This document shows, piece by piece, positions 39,455 through 52,859 of a stretch of DNA of 64,000 nt. This DNA is from Eledone cirrhosa (taxonomy: Eukaryota): contig OZ024743.1 of the NCBI GenBank assembly GCA_964016885.1, positions 256,556,001 to 256,620,000 of the forward strand, read 5' to 3'. The translations under genes and the position numbers were made by a program. Position 1 is the first letter of the stretch. The number at the start of each line of letters is the position of its first letter. The notes under the pieces were generated by a model. That model saw nothing but the letters and a program-made list of their open reading frames with translations, made no database searches and had not been told where the DNA came from.

Positions 39455-40726
39455 GGCAGCTAATAGAGAGAGAACCGTACATTTGACATTTTCAGGTTTT
39501 GCTTGACTTGTGAAAAGGAAGAAGGAAATTATACTTTGATTTGTCCAAATGCTGATGAGATCATAACTGAAACTATAGTCAAATAATATACAACTGATTT
39601 TTATTGCCATTCCTTTTGTTTTATTTAAACATATAAATATATAGTATGCATCTATCCCTGCATCTTCTAAAATACAACTAAAAGAGTTGATGTGAGACAT
39701 GGCATCTAGCTGTAAAATATCCTCTCAAAACAGGGTTCTATGATATATATATATATATATGAAACCTGTCTCTGAGCCCTGAAAGGTAAAAGCCAGATTA
39801 AGAGGAAAAAATAGCCTTATCTATAGTATAAATATAATAAATGCAACACATCAGCAGTGTCAGTACATGTCTATTAATTGCATTGGTACTTGTTCCAGTT
39901 CTTTGCACTCTCAGTTCAAATCCTTTCTAGAACAATTTTAACTTTCATCCTTTTGTGGTTGATAAATAAAGTTCTACTCCATGGGTGATGGACTAGCAGA
40001 ATTGTTAGAGAGTCAGGGTGCAGCTTTATGGTATCTCATCTGGATATCTGCATTCTGTGTTCAAATCCCACCACCATCTGCCATTGCATTTTCTTTATTA
40101 TTATTTTGTTTTTTTTGCTGTATAAACATACAACAATGTACCAGTATTTTATTACATAAAAATAACTTAAATTTGAAACTCTCTCTCTTTTTATGAACAT
40201 AAACAAATGATATTTTCTCCATTCAATAAACTATAGGCCATTGTAAATATAACGGATATATTTTTTGAACTTACAAAATTGTGAGAGATAGGATTTAATA
40301 TATTTCAGTATGAATTGATGTCATAGTATTGTATACAAGATAATATAGTGTATTGTATAGATAGGGGAAATAGTAAACAAATGTATGTATGTGTATTCAT
40401 TAATTATGTATGCATTATGTATATATTATATATATTTATATAAATAGAAAAATATATAATATATATGTATATACAAATCTTATATATATATATAAGTATA
40501 TATAAGTGTATATATATATACTTACATATATATTAGCTTATATACATGTTATATAAGAATGAATATATATAAATTAAATATTAAATATTATATACATATT
40601 AAAGGAGTATATATTGCATTAGTCAATTGATATTTAGAATGTTTTTTTAATTATATTGCACATCATATATATTCATGCACACACACACAAATATATATAT
40701 ATATATATAAATATATATATATATAC

Positions 40727-41526
40727 ATACATTATCGGAGAAAGCTTTTAGCGATACTCCGGCCAAATTCCAACTCACTCAACAAACATTAGGAAATAAG
40801 TGAGTATATTCCTAATTATGCATTCGGGGTGCTAACTAAATGTATTGTGTGGAAAATAGGCTGTATTATTTCATATGAGACATATCGAATATATTTCTTC
40901 CCAGACGGACGTCTCATTTCATTATAGGATTCCTACAATTTGGGTGAAATTATACCAATTTATGTAGGAGCTTGTATACGATCAACAGATATATATTCAA
41001 GTGGGCGCCTATAATTCATCAGTGGGTGCCCAATAATACTAATATTGATAATCTAACTAATATCAGTATTTAGCAATAATCACCATCAGTGCCTGAGGTA
41101 TCTGTTAGGTTGCTATTCCAGCAGTTCTAAAGAAACACTCAAACCGATTCAAAAATGAGGAAGTAAGTTACCGCCAAAAAAACAATACATGCGCATGACA
41201 TTGAACTCTAAAAGGAATTCAGGCCACGTGCTAGAACTCAATTGGAACTTGAAAAAATATCTATGTGTGTACAACGTTTGATAACACACATAGATATTTT
41301 CTCGGGCAAAATAACAGATTGAGATACAAGAAAACAATCAATATTCATATATAAAAAAATAAACAAAGAAAGTCTAACCTTATACCGGGAATTTCATATC
41401 TGTTGCATCAAGAGTAAATAAATAAATACATTATCGGAGAAAGCTTTTTAGCGATACTCCGGCCAAATTTCAACTCACTCAACAAACATTAGGAAATAAG
41501 TGAGTATATTCCTAATTATGTATTCG
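40727..41526. repeat. ~100-bp direct repeats flanking ~600 bp of unique-looking sequence
   Basis: ATACATTATCGGAGAAAGCTTTT...CCTAATTATG.ATTCG at 40727-40826 and 41426-41526. Confidence 0.8.
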
Positions 41527-41545
41527 ATGATGATGATGATGATGA

Positions 41546-41579
<34 letters not shown>

Positions 41580-41742
41580 CTATCCAGGAAGCTCCAACCG
41601 TTTAGGTTGTCTTTTTTCAGGGTATGTCAATATTTATTTATAAAACAAATCTGTATTTTATTTTATCTGATGAAAGCATAATTTGCCTTGGTGGCCCTTT
41701 AAATATGTATAATCAAATAAATATGGTTTTATAAATATAGTT

Positions 41743-41775
<33 letters not shown>

Positions 41776-42339
41776 GAAAACAGGGAGAAAAAGACGATTA
41801 TTAGGAAGAAAAATATATTTTCTTCCCTTTTTTATTTATTTCTCTCTTTTTTGTGGGTTAGAAAATGATTAAAACGAATTATTATACTTTGTGTGAAGGT
41901 ATTAGTTGATTTATTTATTAATTAACAATGGCATTTATTAATTTATTTATATATTTAATAATTGTCTATTTCCGGTTTCAGCATGTTTATGCATTATCAA
42001 ATGATAATAATATGCATTGGTGTAGAATGGTGGTGTTGGACATGTTAAAGAAATGGTGCAGAAAGAATAATGTTATTTACAAACAAGGTTTATGAAGTGA
42101 AAAGAAAAAAGAAAAAAAGAGGCGTAATGTGGAGCATAATAAGTCAATGTGAAAGAAAATTTTTATTTACAGGCATAGTTCTTGAAGATAAGCAGATCAA
42201 AATGTGTTAATATAGCAAGAGTGCTTAGTTGATCCATGATAGATCAACTAACTCATGTGCTTCCTCTCCACATTTTATTAGTATATATATATATGACGAG
42301 TAAGTATGTTTTGAAACAGTGAGCAAGTTTGAAATTAGA

Positions 42340-42510
42340 AAATAGAATACTTTCACCGTATTTTTTACTAAAGAAATTTTAACCTGATAATGGGGTTTAG
42401 AACCCTCAGATAAATGCAAAAAGATGAGTATTGATGTACATTAATACTCATCTTTTTCCATTTATCTAAAATTTCTTTAGTCAAATATACGGTGAAAGCT
42501 ATTCTATTTT
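42340..42510. repeat. Imperfect palindrome centred on TGTACA (~42437)
   Basis: AAAATAGAATA-CTTTCACCGTAT..CTAAAGAAATTTTA..GATAAATG.AAAAAGATGAGTATT is mirrored on the right. The left arm has an extra ~26 nt. Confidence 0.8.
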
Positions 42511-42525
42511 ATATATATATATATA

Positions 42526-44470
42526 TCATCATCATCATCATCAACGTTTAACGTCCGTGTTCCACGCTTGCATGGGTTTGGACGGGGTTATTCCCACTTG
42601 AGGCAAGAGTGATTGTCTTGCTCGCATAGGACTGTCTGGCTGGTTTTCTACAGTTGGATGCCCTTCCTAACACCAACCACATTTACAGTGTGGGTCTGGG
42701 AGGTTTTTACCGTGTTGCCTACACGGCCACATTACAGCGTGGACTGTGTGTTTTTTTGTCGTGACACCTACACGATCTCATTTGTTTCGGCCTGGATGGC
42801 GTGGCACCGACATAACTTTACATAGAAGGGGGTGGTGTGGATGGGGTGGGGGTGGTGGGACGGGGTGTATTTTGTTAGAGATGCCTACTGGCTGTAGTAG
42901 GTTTTACTATGTATTTAGGTAAGGCGGGTCTTCTCTGTTACTGAGTACCGCCAAAGGTCTCGGTCCAGTAACATTGTCTTGGAGAGGTGTAAGTGTGTGA
43001 GGTCGGAGTTTATCAGCTCGTCCCAGGTTTTTCTAGGTCTGCCTATTCCGTGGCTACCGTCTATCTTTATTGCCCTGCACTTTGTTATACAGCTATCGAC
43101 GTTCATGCGCATCACGTGTCCATACCAACGTAGCCTTCTCTCGAGTAAACAACATCTGATCCCTCTTATTTCTAATTTTTTCCTCAGTTCGTTTATGCTT
43201 TGCCGTTCACGTATATTACTGTTACACATCCAGCGGAGCATGCAAGTTTCGTTCCTCTCTAGTCTGCGTATATCCTCTGCACACAATGCCCAGGTCTCAC
43301 TGCCATGCAACATTGCTGTTCGTATGCAGGCATCATACAAACTGCCTTTCATTTTTAGGGAGAACCCTTTAGCAGCTAATAGTGGTATAAGCTCTCTGAA
43401 CTTTTTCCATCCAGTTCTGACTTTAGCTACTGTACTTTCTGAGCACCCTCCCCCCACTGCTGATTTTGTCACCCAGGTAATGGAAGCTGTCCACCATTTC
43501 TATAGAGCCCTCTGCGCAGTTGTAAGAGCTAGTATTTTGTGGGCACTTGCTGCTACTTATTGCACCAGAGCACCGGCCACATGTAAAATCTATGTTCTTA
43601 GTTAGCTTACCTGTGATCCCACTACATCTTTTATGCACCCATACTTTGCATTTGGGACATAAAATGGAGTTTCTACCTACGCCTTTCCTACACACTAAGC
43701 ATGGCCATTTCCCAGAAGGGACCGCCGCCTTATTTTCTTTCCTACAAACTAGAACTTTAGTCTTAGCCAGGTTAATTTTAAGTCCTTTTGATTCTAGGCT
43801 GTGCTTCCATGTTTGGAATTTCTTCTCTAGCTCGGCCATTGATTCAGCTATGAGTGTCAGGTCGTCTGCGTATAGGAGTTCCCATGGGCAGCCGGTCTTG
43901 AACTCCTCTGTTATAGCCTGAAGGGCAATAATAAATAGTAGGGGGCTGAGAACAGAGCCCTGATGGATGCCAACTTTTACGCTAAACTCTTCACTATGTT
44001 CGTTGTTAATTCTAACCTTGCTGACTATTTCTTTATACATGGCTTGTATCTCTCTCACAAGCCATTCGTCAACACCTAATTTTCTAAGAGCCCACCAGAT
44101 AATGGAGCGGGGGAATCTGTCGAAGGCTTTCTCCAAGTCGACAAAAGCTAAGTAGAGGGGTTTACCTTTAGCTAGGTACTTCTCCTGTAGTTGTCGTACA
44201 ATGAAAAGAGCGTCTGTGGTACTTTTGCCTGACACAAACCCGAACTGCCTTTCATCTAGGACAATTCGCTCTCTGACTAGTTGCGCTATTACTTTTTCCG
44301 TGACCTTCATGACCTGGTCGATTAATTTAATGCCTCTATAGTTACTCCTATCTAGGGCATCTCCTTTACCCTTATAACAGTTAACGATGATGCTGCTATG
44401 CCAGTCCTTCGGAACAACCCCATTCTGTACGACTTGGTTAACTATGCGGGTGACCATGGTGTGTCCCACC
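42526..44470 (-). mobile_element. 5'-truncated RTE LINE (second subfamily) with long 3' UTR
   Basis: ORF 43423-44469: YRGIKL, FVDLEKAFDR, GIHQGSVLSPLLF, YADD and PHD-like CLVC..CPKCKVWVHKRC..CGRC. ORF 42915-43472: RRLRWYGHV, GRPRKTW. (GAT)n tail at 42526-42542. Confidence 0.95.
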
Positions 44471-44471
44471 G

Positions 44472-44506
<35 letters not shown>

Positions 44507-44634
44507 GTAGGAGGTGAGTTTTATTGTAGTACAATAAAGCAATGCAGATATCGGATAAGAAGCACTCAACAGTTTGTAGGACTTGAGTATACATAATATA
44601 TAAGATCAAAAGATGGTTAAAGGAGTTCCATGTA

Positions 44635-44698
44635 TTTTATTATACGCATTTCAAAAACAAACATCATGCAATAATATTTGTGTTTTCATCAGATAAAA
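44635..44698 (-). ncRNA. Hammerhead ribozyme (family C, copy 1; stem III TGCGTA variant, 3-nt shorter loop 2)
   Basis: Reverse complement of TTTTAT-CTGATGA-AAACACAAATAT..ATGTTTGTTTTT-GAAA-TGCGTA-TA-ATAAAA. Confidence 0.75.
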
Positions 44699-44820
44699 CA
44701 GGAGAACATGATTTGAAGGCTAAAAAACACTTGTGGATAGTGCAGTTTTAAATCAACATATGTTGATTTAAAACTGCACTATCCACAAGTGTTTTTTAGC
44801 CTTCAAATCATGTTCTCCTG

Positions 44821-44887
44821 TTTTATCTGATGAAAACACAAATATTATTGCATGATGATGTTTGTTTTTGAAATGCGCATAATAAAA
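44821..44887 (+). ncRNA. Hammerhead ribozyme (family C, copy 2)
   Basis: Stem I TTTTAT/ATAAAA, CTGATGA, extended stem II, GAAA, palindromic ATGCGCAT, AUA triplet. Confidence 0.82.
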
Positions 44888-44918
44888 TACATGGAACTCA
44901 TTTAACCATCTTTTGATC

Positions 44919-45681
<763 letters not shown>

Positions 45682-45719
45682 AATATAAGATCAAAAGATG
45701 GTTAAAGGAGTTCCATGTA

Positions 45720-45786
45720 TTTTATTATGCGCATTTCAAAAACAAACATCATCATGCAATAATATTTGTGTTTTCATCAGATAAAA
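45720..45786 (-). ncRNA. Hammerhead ribozyme (family C, copy 3; sense to the PLE ORF, in its 3' pseudo-LTR)
   Basis: Reverse complement of 49754-49820. Confidence 0.85.
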
Positions 45787-46815
45787 GAGGAGAACATGAT
45801 ATGAAGGCTAAAAAACACTTGTGGATAGTGCAGTTTTAAATCAACATATGAAAAGTGGTTTTAGATTGATGTGTGATATTGGGAAAAATATTTTATTTAG
45901 AGAGGGGGGGGATGAAAAAGGGGAGGAGATGAGAGGGAGAGATGGGTGATAGAGAGAAAGAGATAGTTTTTATAACTGAGAGAAGATATATTGTTTTACA
46001 TAGAGAGGTTGAAAACCGTTGGAAGATAATGTATAAATTAAAAGAATTTGAAAATTAACGAAGGGAAAGATATGTACGAGGAAAAAATATTTTATTTAGG
46101 GAGGGGGGGTGGTAGGATGAAAAAAGGGGGAGGAGATGAGAGTGAAGGTGGAGAGGGAGAGATGGGTGATAGATAGAAAGAGATAGTTTTTATAACTGAG
46201 AAAAGATATATTGTTTTACATAGAGAGGTTGAGAACCGTTGGAAGATAATGTATAAATTAAAAGAATTTGAAAATTAACGAAGGGAAAAATATTTGCGAG
46301 GAAAGAGAGGGAGTTTATGTATGAAGATAGAGAGAAAAAAAATAATAATTGTGGATGAATATTCTAACGTCAAAAAGGTGTATGTTGATAAGTATTGTGG
46401 CAATTTCAAAATTAACGAAGAGAAAAAATTATTAAGGTTTGTGTGTAGAAGGATTTGAGAAAAATAATGTGAAGTTAAAGTTTGTATATTGAAGGAATTG
46501 ATAATATGTGCGAAGAAAGAGTTAATATGTATTAAGAATGAGTTCGTTGATGGGGAGAAAAAAATAATAAATTAAGGATGAAATTGAGATTAAAAAGTTT
46601 TATGATAGAGAGAAAAAATAATAATAATTGCGGATGAATATTCTAGCGTCAAAAACAAATGTATATGTTATGAAGGATTTTACAAGGTGAAGATAGAAAG
46701 AGGGTAATGAGTAAACAAGTATTATTGAAGTAAGGTAGGAAGATGGGTATATTTTAAAGAGGTGTATGTATATGTGCCTTTGAGAAAAGATTCTAAATTG
46801 ATAAAGAATTGAATA

Positions 46816-48580
46816 TTAACTGTATACTTTGTGAAAAGTCCTATGGAATTTATGCAGGCAGATAGAAAACAAATCTGTACGTCTATTTATTATAGAATCT
46901 AGATTAGAGATAATGGTAAATTTTTCATTTAGGCAGAGTTTACAGATTTTAGATAGAGAGCTGTTCAAGTATGAGGATGCAGAAGAAACCTTCTTCCAAA
47001 AGATGGTATATTTAATGTTTTTGTCTTTCAAGGACCATATGAGTTCTGAGAGAGCCGTGTTGGTTCTTTTAAGTTTGTATTTGAAAGATGAATGGTGATT
47101 ATAGAGACGAGCTTTAAAAGAGGTGGAAGTGGAGCCAAAATAGGTGAAGGAATTGGTGCTAGTTATAACTTTACATTCATGAATTAAGTTTTTATCAAGA
47201 CAATGGTTGTTGAGAGGACATTTATTTTTAATGCGGCAGTTGCAATTAGAGAGATTATTAATGAGTGACCTAGTGTTATCTATAGAAGGAATTGGATTGG
47301 AGAAGTTGTGTGCGATAGGAATAATAGGAATAACAGTTTCTTGATTTAGAGTTGGATTATGAACATTTAGCGAAGTTGTGTTTGACGTTGTATTTGGGTT
47401 TACAGAAGTTAGCCTAGGGTTCACAATGACGTCGGGAGTACTATTACTGTTATTATGAAATTCAATGTTGGAAGGAAGAGATTTAGTATTTAGTATTTTA
47501 TTGTTGTGTTTAGAGATGATGTTGGAAATATTGGAGGATGTAGAATAAGAAAATTTGATGGTGTGTTTGTTAAATATTTTACTATAGATATGTGAGGGAG
47601 GGAAGCATTTATTTAAGGCACTAAAAAATAATTTAGGAATATTGTTATTAATAGAGATGGAGAAAGGAGCATTATACCAGATTATGTTTTTGTATCTAGG
47701 TCTTTTATTAAAATTATTGGAATGATCATGATTAATTATTCTACTGTAAGTTTTTCTAGAATTTGTTTCTTTACTATATTTGATTTTATCTGGATAGCCG
47801 GCTTTAGAAAGTGCGTTATTATAGTAATTGGCGTTAGCATCAAAGATGTTTTTATTAGAAGATATGTTAGATATTCTTTTTCCAATATTACTAACTATAG
47901 CATTCTTGATATTGGTAGGATGGTTAGATTTAAAGTTAACATAATTTAGGTTCTCATTGTTTTTATGGTAAGGGTAATATAGGCCAGTGTCAAGATTAAG
48001 AGATACATCCAAGAAATTAGCTAGTTTGATACTATTACCAAATTCAATTATTAGGTTATGTTGGTTAAAGAGATTACGTATATTGTTCTTAATAATATTA
48101 AGGTTAACTATATTGCAATTTAAGATAGTAAAGAGTCCATCGTCACGATAAATTCCACCGCGAAGTTGAGGAATTTTCCGACTCAAAGAGTTCAAAATAA
48201 AGATACCAATTAAATCAGTCAATTGGGATGAATCGGATGCTCCCATTGTGATGTCGAAGTTGTTAGAGGTATCGGCTCTGGTCCAATATTCGTTGTTGAA
48301 CTCTAGGATGGTTTTACGTGCGGTGAGGATGATGTGAAGTTCATCTGTGGTGATGTCAGAATATTTAAGTGCGAAAGATAGAGCATTATTGAGAAGTGAA
48401 GGCGAAATGGAGGAATAGTAGCTGGCAATATCAAATTGAATAAATTTTAGTTTGTTTTTATTATCCAATTTGTTGAACCAGCCAATCACTTCAGAAGTAC
48501 CAAACCATAAATTTAGGTTCAAAGAAGAGCAATTAGAACTAACCTGTGGGATAATTCTATCCAAGATGGCTTTACTAACA
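46816..48580 (-). CDS. PLE polyprotein: reverse transcriptase + GIY-YIG endonuclease, 5'-truncated but uninterrupted
   Basis: RT motifs FIQFDIASYYSSI, ITMGASDS, IYRDDGL, NFLDVSL, YVNFKSNHP, IIWYNAPFS. Linker CNCRIKNKCPL. GIY-YIG variant LIH..YFGST..FKARLYNH, CKLCLNEK, CLHK. Confidence 0.93.
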
Positions 48581-49753
48581 ACCCCCTGCATAAATTCAAA
48601 GAAGATCAATTAGAACTAACCTGTGGGATAATTCTCTCCAAGATGGCTTTATTAACAACCCCCTGCATAAATTCCATAGGACTTTTCACAAAGTATACAG
48701 TTAATATTCAATTCTTTATCAATTTAGAATCTTTTCTCAAAGGCACATATACATACACCTCTTTAAAATATACCCATCTTCCTACCTTACTTCAAAGGGC
48801 ATTATACACTCTATAATACTTGTTTACTCATTACCCTCTTTCTATCTTCACCTTGTAAAATCCTTCATAACATATACATTTGTTTTTTTGACGTTAGAAT
48901 ATTCATCCGCAATTATTATTATTTTTTCTCTCTATCATAAAACTTTTTAATCTCAATTTCATCCTTAATTTATTATTTTTTTCTCCCCATCAACGAACTC
49001 ATTCTTAATACATATTAACTCTTTATTCGCGCATATTATCAATTCCTTCAATATACAAACTTTAACTTTACATTATTTTTCTCAAATCCTTCTACACACA
49101 AACATTAATAATTTTTTCTCTTCGTTAATTTTGAAATTGCCACAATACTTATCAACATACACCTTTTTGACGTTAGAATATTCATCCACAATTATTATTT
49201 TTTTCTCTCTATCTTCATACATAAACTCCCTCTCTTTCCTCGCAAATATTTTTCCCTTCGTTAATTTTCAAATTCATTTAATTTATACATTATCTTCCAA
49301 CGGTTCTCAACCTCTCTATGTAAAACAATATATCTTTTCTCAGTTATAAAAACTATCTCTTTCTCTCTATCACCCATCTCTCCCTCTCCACCTTCACTCT
49401 CATCTCCTCCCCCTTTTTTCATCCTACCACCCCCCTCCCTAAATAAAATATTTTTTCCTCGTACATATCTTTCCCTTCGTTAATTTTCAAATTCTTTTAA
49501 TTTATACATTATCTTCCAACGGTTTTCAACCTCTCTATGTAAAACAATATATCTTCTCTCAGTTATAAAAACTATCTCTTTCTCTCTCTCACCCATCTCT
49601 CCCTCTCATCTCCTCCCCCTTTTCACCCCCCCCCCCTCTCTAAATAAAATATTTTTCCCAATATCACACATCAATCTAAAACCAATTTTCATATGTTGAT
49701 TTAAAACTGCACTATCCACAAGTGTTTTTTAGCCTTCATATCATGTTCTCCTC

Positions 49754-49820
49754 TTTTATCTGATGAAAACACAAATATTATTGCATGATGATGTTTGTTT
49801 TTGAAATGCGCATAATAAAA
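49754..49820 (+). ncRNA. Hammerhead ribozyme (family C, copy 4)
   Basis: CTGATGA at 49760-49766, GAAA at 49803-49806, TGCGCA at 49807-49812, stem I 49754-49759 / 49815-49820. Confidence 0.82.
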
Positions 49821-49943
49821 TACATGGTACTCCTTTAACCATCTTTTGATCTTATATTATGTATACTCCAGTCCTACAAACTGTAGAGTGCTTCTTATCC
49901 GATATCTGCATTGCTTTATTGTACTACAATAAAACTCACCTCC

Positions 49944-50057
<114 letters not shown>

Positions 50058-50436
50058 CATATACACATATATATATATATTTATATATATATACATATAC
50101 ACATATATATATATATTTATATATACATATACACATATATATATATATTTATATATATATACATATACACACATATATATATATATTTATATATATATAC
50201 ATATACACACACATATATATATATTTATATATATATACATATACACACATATATATTTATATATATATATACATATACACACATATATATATATATTTAT
50301 ATATATATACATATACACACATATATATTTATATATATATACATATACAGACATATATATATATATTTATATTTCGTTTCTGAATTATTCTGAATTATTG
50401 GCAACATGACCTTCCCAAAGTATAACAATATATATT

Positions 50437-50474
<38 letters not shown>

Positions 50475-50476
50475 CA

Positions 50477-50530
<54 letters not shown>

Positions 50531-50751
50531 CAGACATATATATATATATATTTATATATACATATACAGACATATATATATATATTTATATATATATACG
50601 AATACACACATATATATATATATTTATACATATATACATATACACATATATATATATATTTATACATATATACATATACACATATATATATATATATTTA
50701 TACATATATACATATACACATATATATATATATTTATACATATATACATAT

Positions 50752-50856
<105 letters not shown>

Positions 50857-50874
50857 CTGAAATGATTCTTATAT

Positions 50875-51186
50875 GGGTACATGCTGAAGCATATAAACAA
50901 TATGACCCCACACCCCCCACCGCAAGGTGGTCGTGGAGGTGCCACGGCAAAAAAGCACCCAGCCCACACTGTAAAGTGGACGTGTAGGCGCCACGAAAAA
51001 GGACCCGGCACTCACTGTAAATGAGCTTGGTGTTAGGAAGGGCATCCAGCTGTAGAAATCAAGCCAGATCAGTTCCTGTATGAGCAAGGCATGGTCAGCC
51101 GACCAGACACTGCACACAACAGGACAACCCGTCTAACCCATTCTAGCGTGGAAGAACGGACGCAAAACGGTGATGATGATGATGAT
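50875..51186 (+). mobile_element. Short non-coding RTE-related element
   Basis: Duplicated GGTGCCACGG-AAAAA-GCACC..CACTGTAAA units, GGTGTTAGGAAGGGCATCCAGCTGTAG, CGGACGCAAAACGG(TGA)n tail. Confidence 0.8.
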
Positions 51187-52859
51187 GTACACTATCTATA
51201 CTTAACATATATGCATATATATATATATAAGCTGAGGTGATTATTAGATACATATATACTATCTATCTTTAACATATACACTCATATAAATACTCGAAAG
51301 TGTTTGTTATGTTGAAATGAAGTACACTAGAATTAATATATTGACACCTAGGAATATGTATTATGGCAATCATGATAGATGTGTATATGTATCTGATACA
51401 TGTATACACATTGTAATATATGCAAGTTTGTATATTTTGCATGTGCTTAATATATATATATACACGCCTGACTCATTCTCTTTCTGTTTGTATACATCTA
51501 TATATACATATTTTATGCATATTCTTATATCTGCACATATGTATATCTAACTACATATATGTATGTATATGTGTGTGAGAGAGTGGAGAGAAAGAGAGTG
51601 ATATATATAATAAGAGAGAAGAAAACCGAGGAGGAGGATTAAAAACTACAAATCTACTATCTGCAGTAATAGTTTTAACCTTTTTCTCTAAACTTATCTG
51701 AAATTAATTAACTGCACACCCAATATTAAGATTAAAGAGTGAAACAAAAAAATAAAAGATTAATTATTCCAGTAAAAAGGTATATGGTAATGAAACAAAG
51801 AATTTTACTCTGTCAGACTGATCAACATCATTTCCTTATTTCTCTAACTTTTCTTTTGCCATTTTCATCTTCCTCTATTCAGATTCTAAAATTAATTAGC
51901 AATACACACCAGCCAATTTTTATGTTCTTTAATTAATTTATTTTCTCATTTTATTCGCTCATTTATTTATTTATTTTTTTTTTTTGTTTCACCCAACAAC
52001 TTTTTAAACTAAATAACACAAATTTCACTTTGACAGTCAAATAACATTCATTCCTTCATACATTTTATACACTTTATATATTTTATATAATTGTTATAGC
52101 CTCAAGACTAAAATATCAGAATATATAGGTTACTTAGTTTGGTTGTTATAGAATTCCAGTTAAATTCGATCCAAGATTTGTCTGATTTGAATGTAATTCC
52201 AGTATACAATTACAAACTCGAATTCAAAACAGTATTAAACTTTATTTCAACAATATAAGTATCAGGGTCAGACTCCATAAGCTACAGTGACGATAACCCA
52301 TCTCAGAGAGCTGTAACCCTGGATAAATAAAAATGTGAAAGGTTATCATAGACAGCACAAGCCACAGAGAAGGTAGCTTGTCTAGGAGTGCTGTAACTCT
52401 GAATAAATATAATTGCAGGAGATTATCATGGACACCATAAACCACAATGAAGGCAGCCTGATTAAGGGAGCTGGAATTCTGAATAAATGGAAATGCATGG
52501 GGTTTGATGTGGTATTCGTAAGCTATAGAGAGGGCAGCCCATCAGGAGAGCAGTCAGTATCAATAATTAAATTGATACAAGGAATAACGACTACCTCTCA
52601 AATGCTGATGACATAATGAAATGCACCTAGTCCATGCTGTAATGTTTTTGAGAATAAAAGTGTATATGGACCCATATATACAATATTTATATGTATAATA
52701 AATATAGACTGACTGAGGGGATTTTGATTTTTTATCCATATATGTGATCATATCACATGTAAGGGGGCTTTATACATGTATTTCAGAATCTATTAATCCA
52801 TGACCCACAATGCTGTAAAATTGAGGGGTGGATAGGGCCCCTGAGTCCAGTAAGATTAC

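Noticed and set aside
40990-41030. Minus-strand CTGATGA inside the direct-repeat unit
   Set aside because: No stem II closed by GAAA; the heptamer alone is expected by chance in AT-rich DNA.
41660-41720. TTTTATCTGATGAAAG resembling hammerhead family C
   Set aside because: No GAAA after a convincing stem II; at most a decayed relic.
52413-52616. Short ORF with possible AG/GT borders (MDTINHNEGSLIKGAG...)
   Set aside because: No recognisable domain and weak splice signals.
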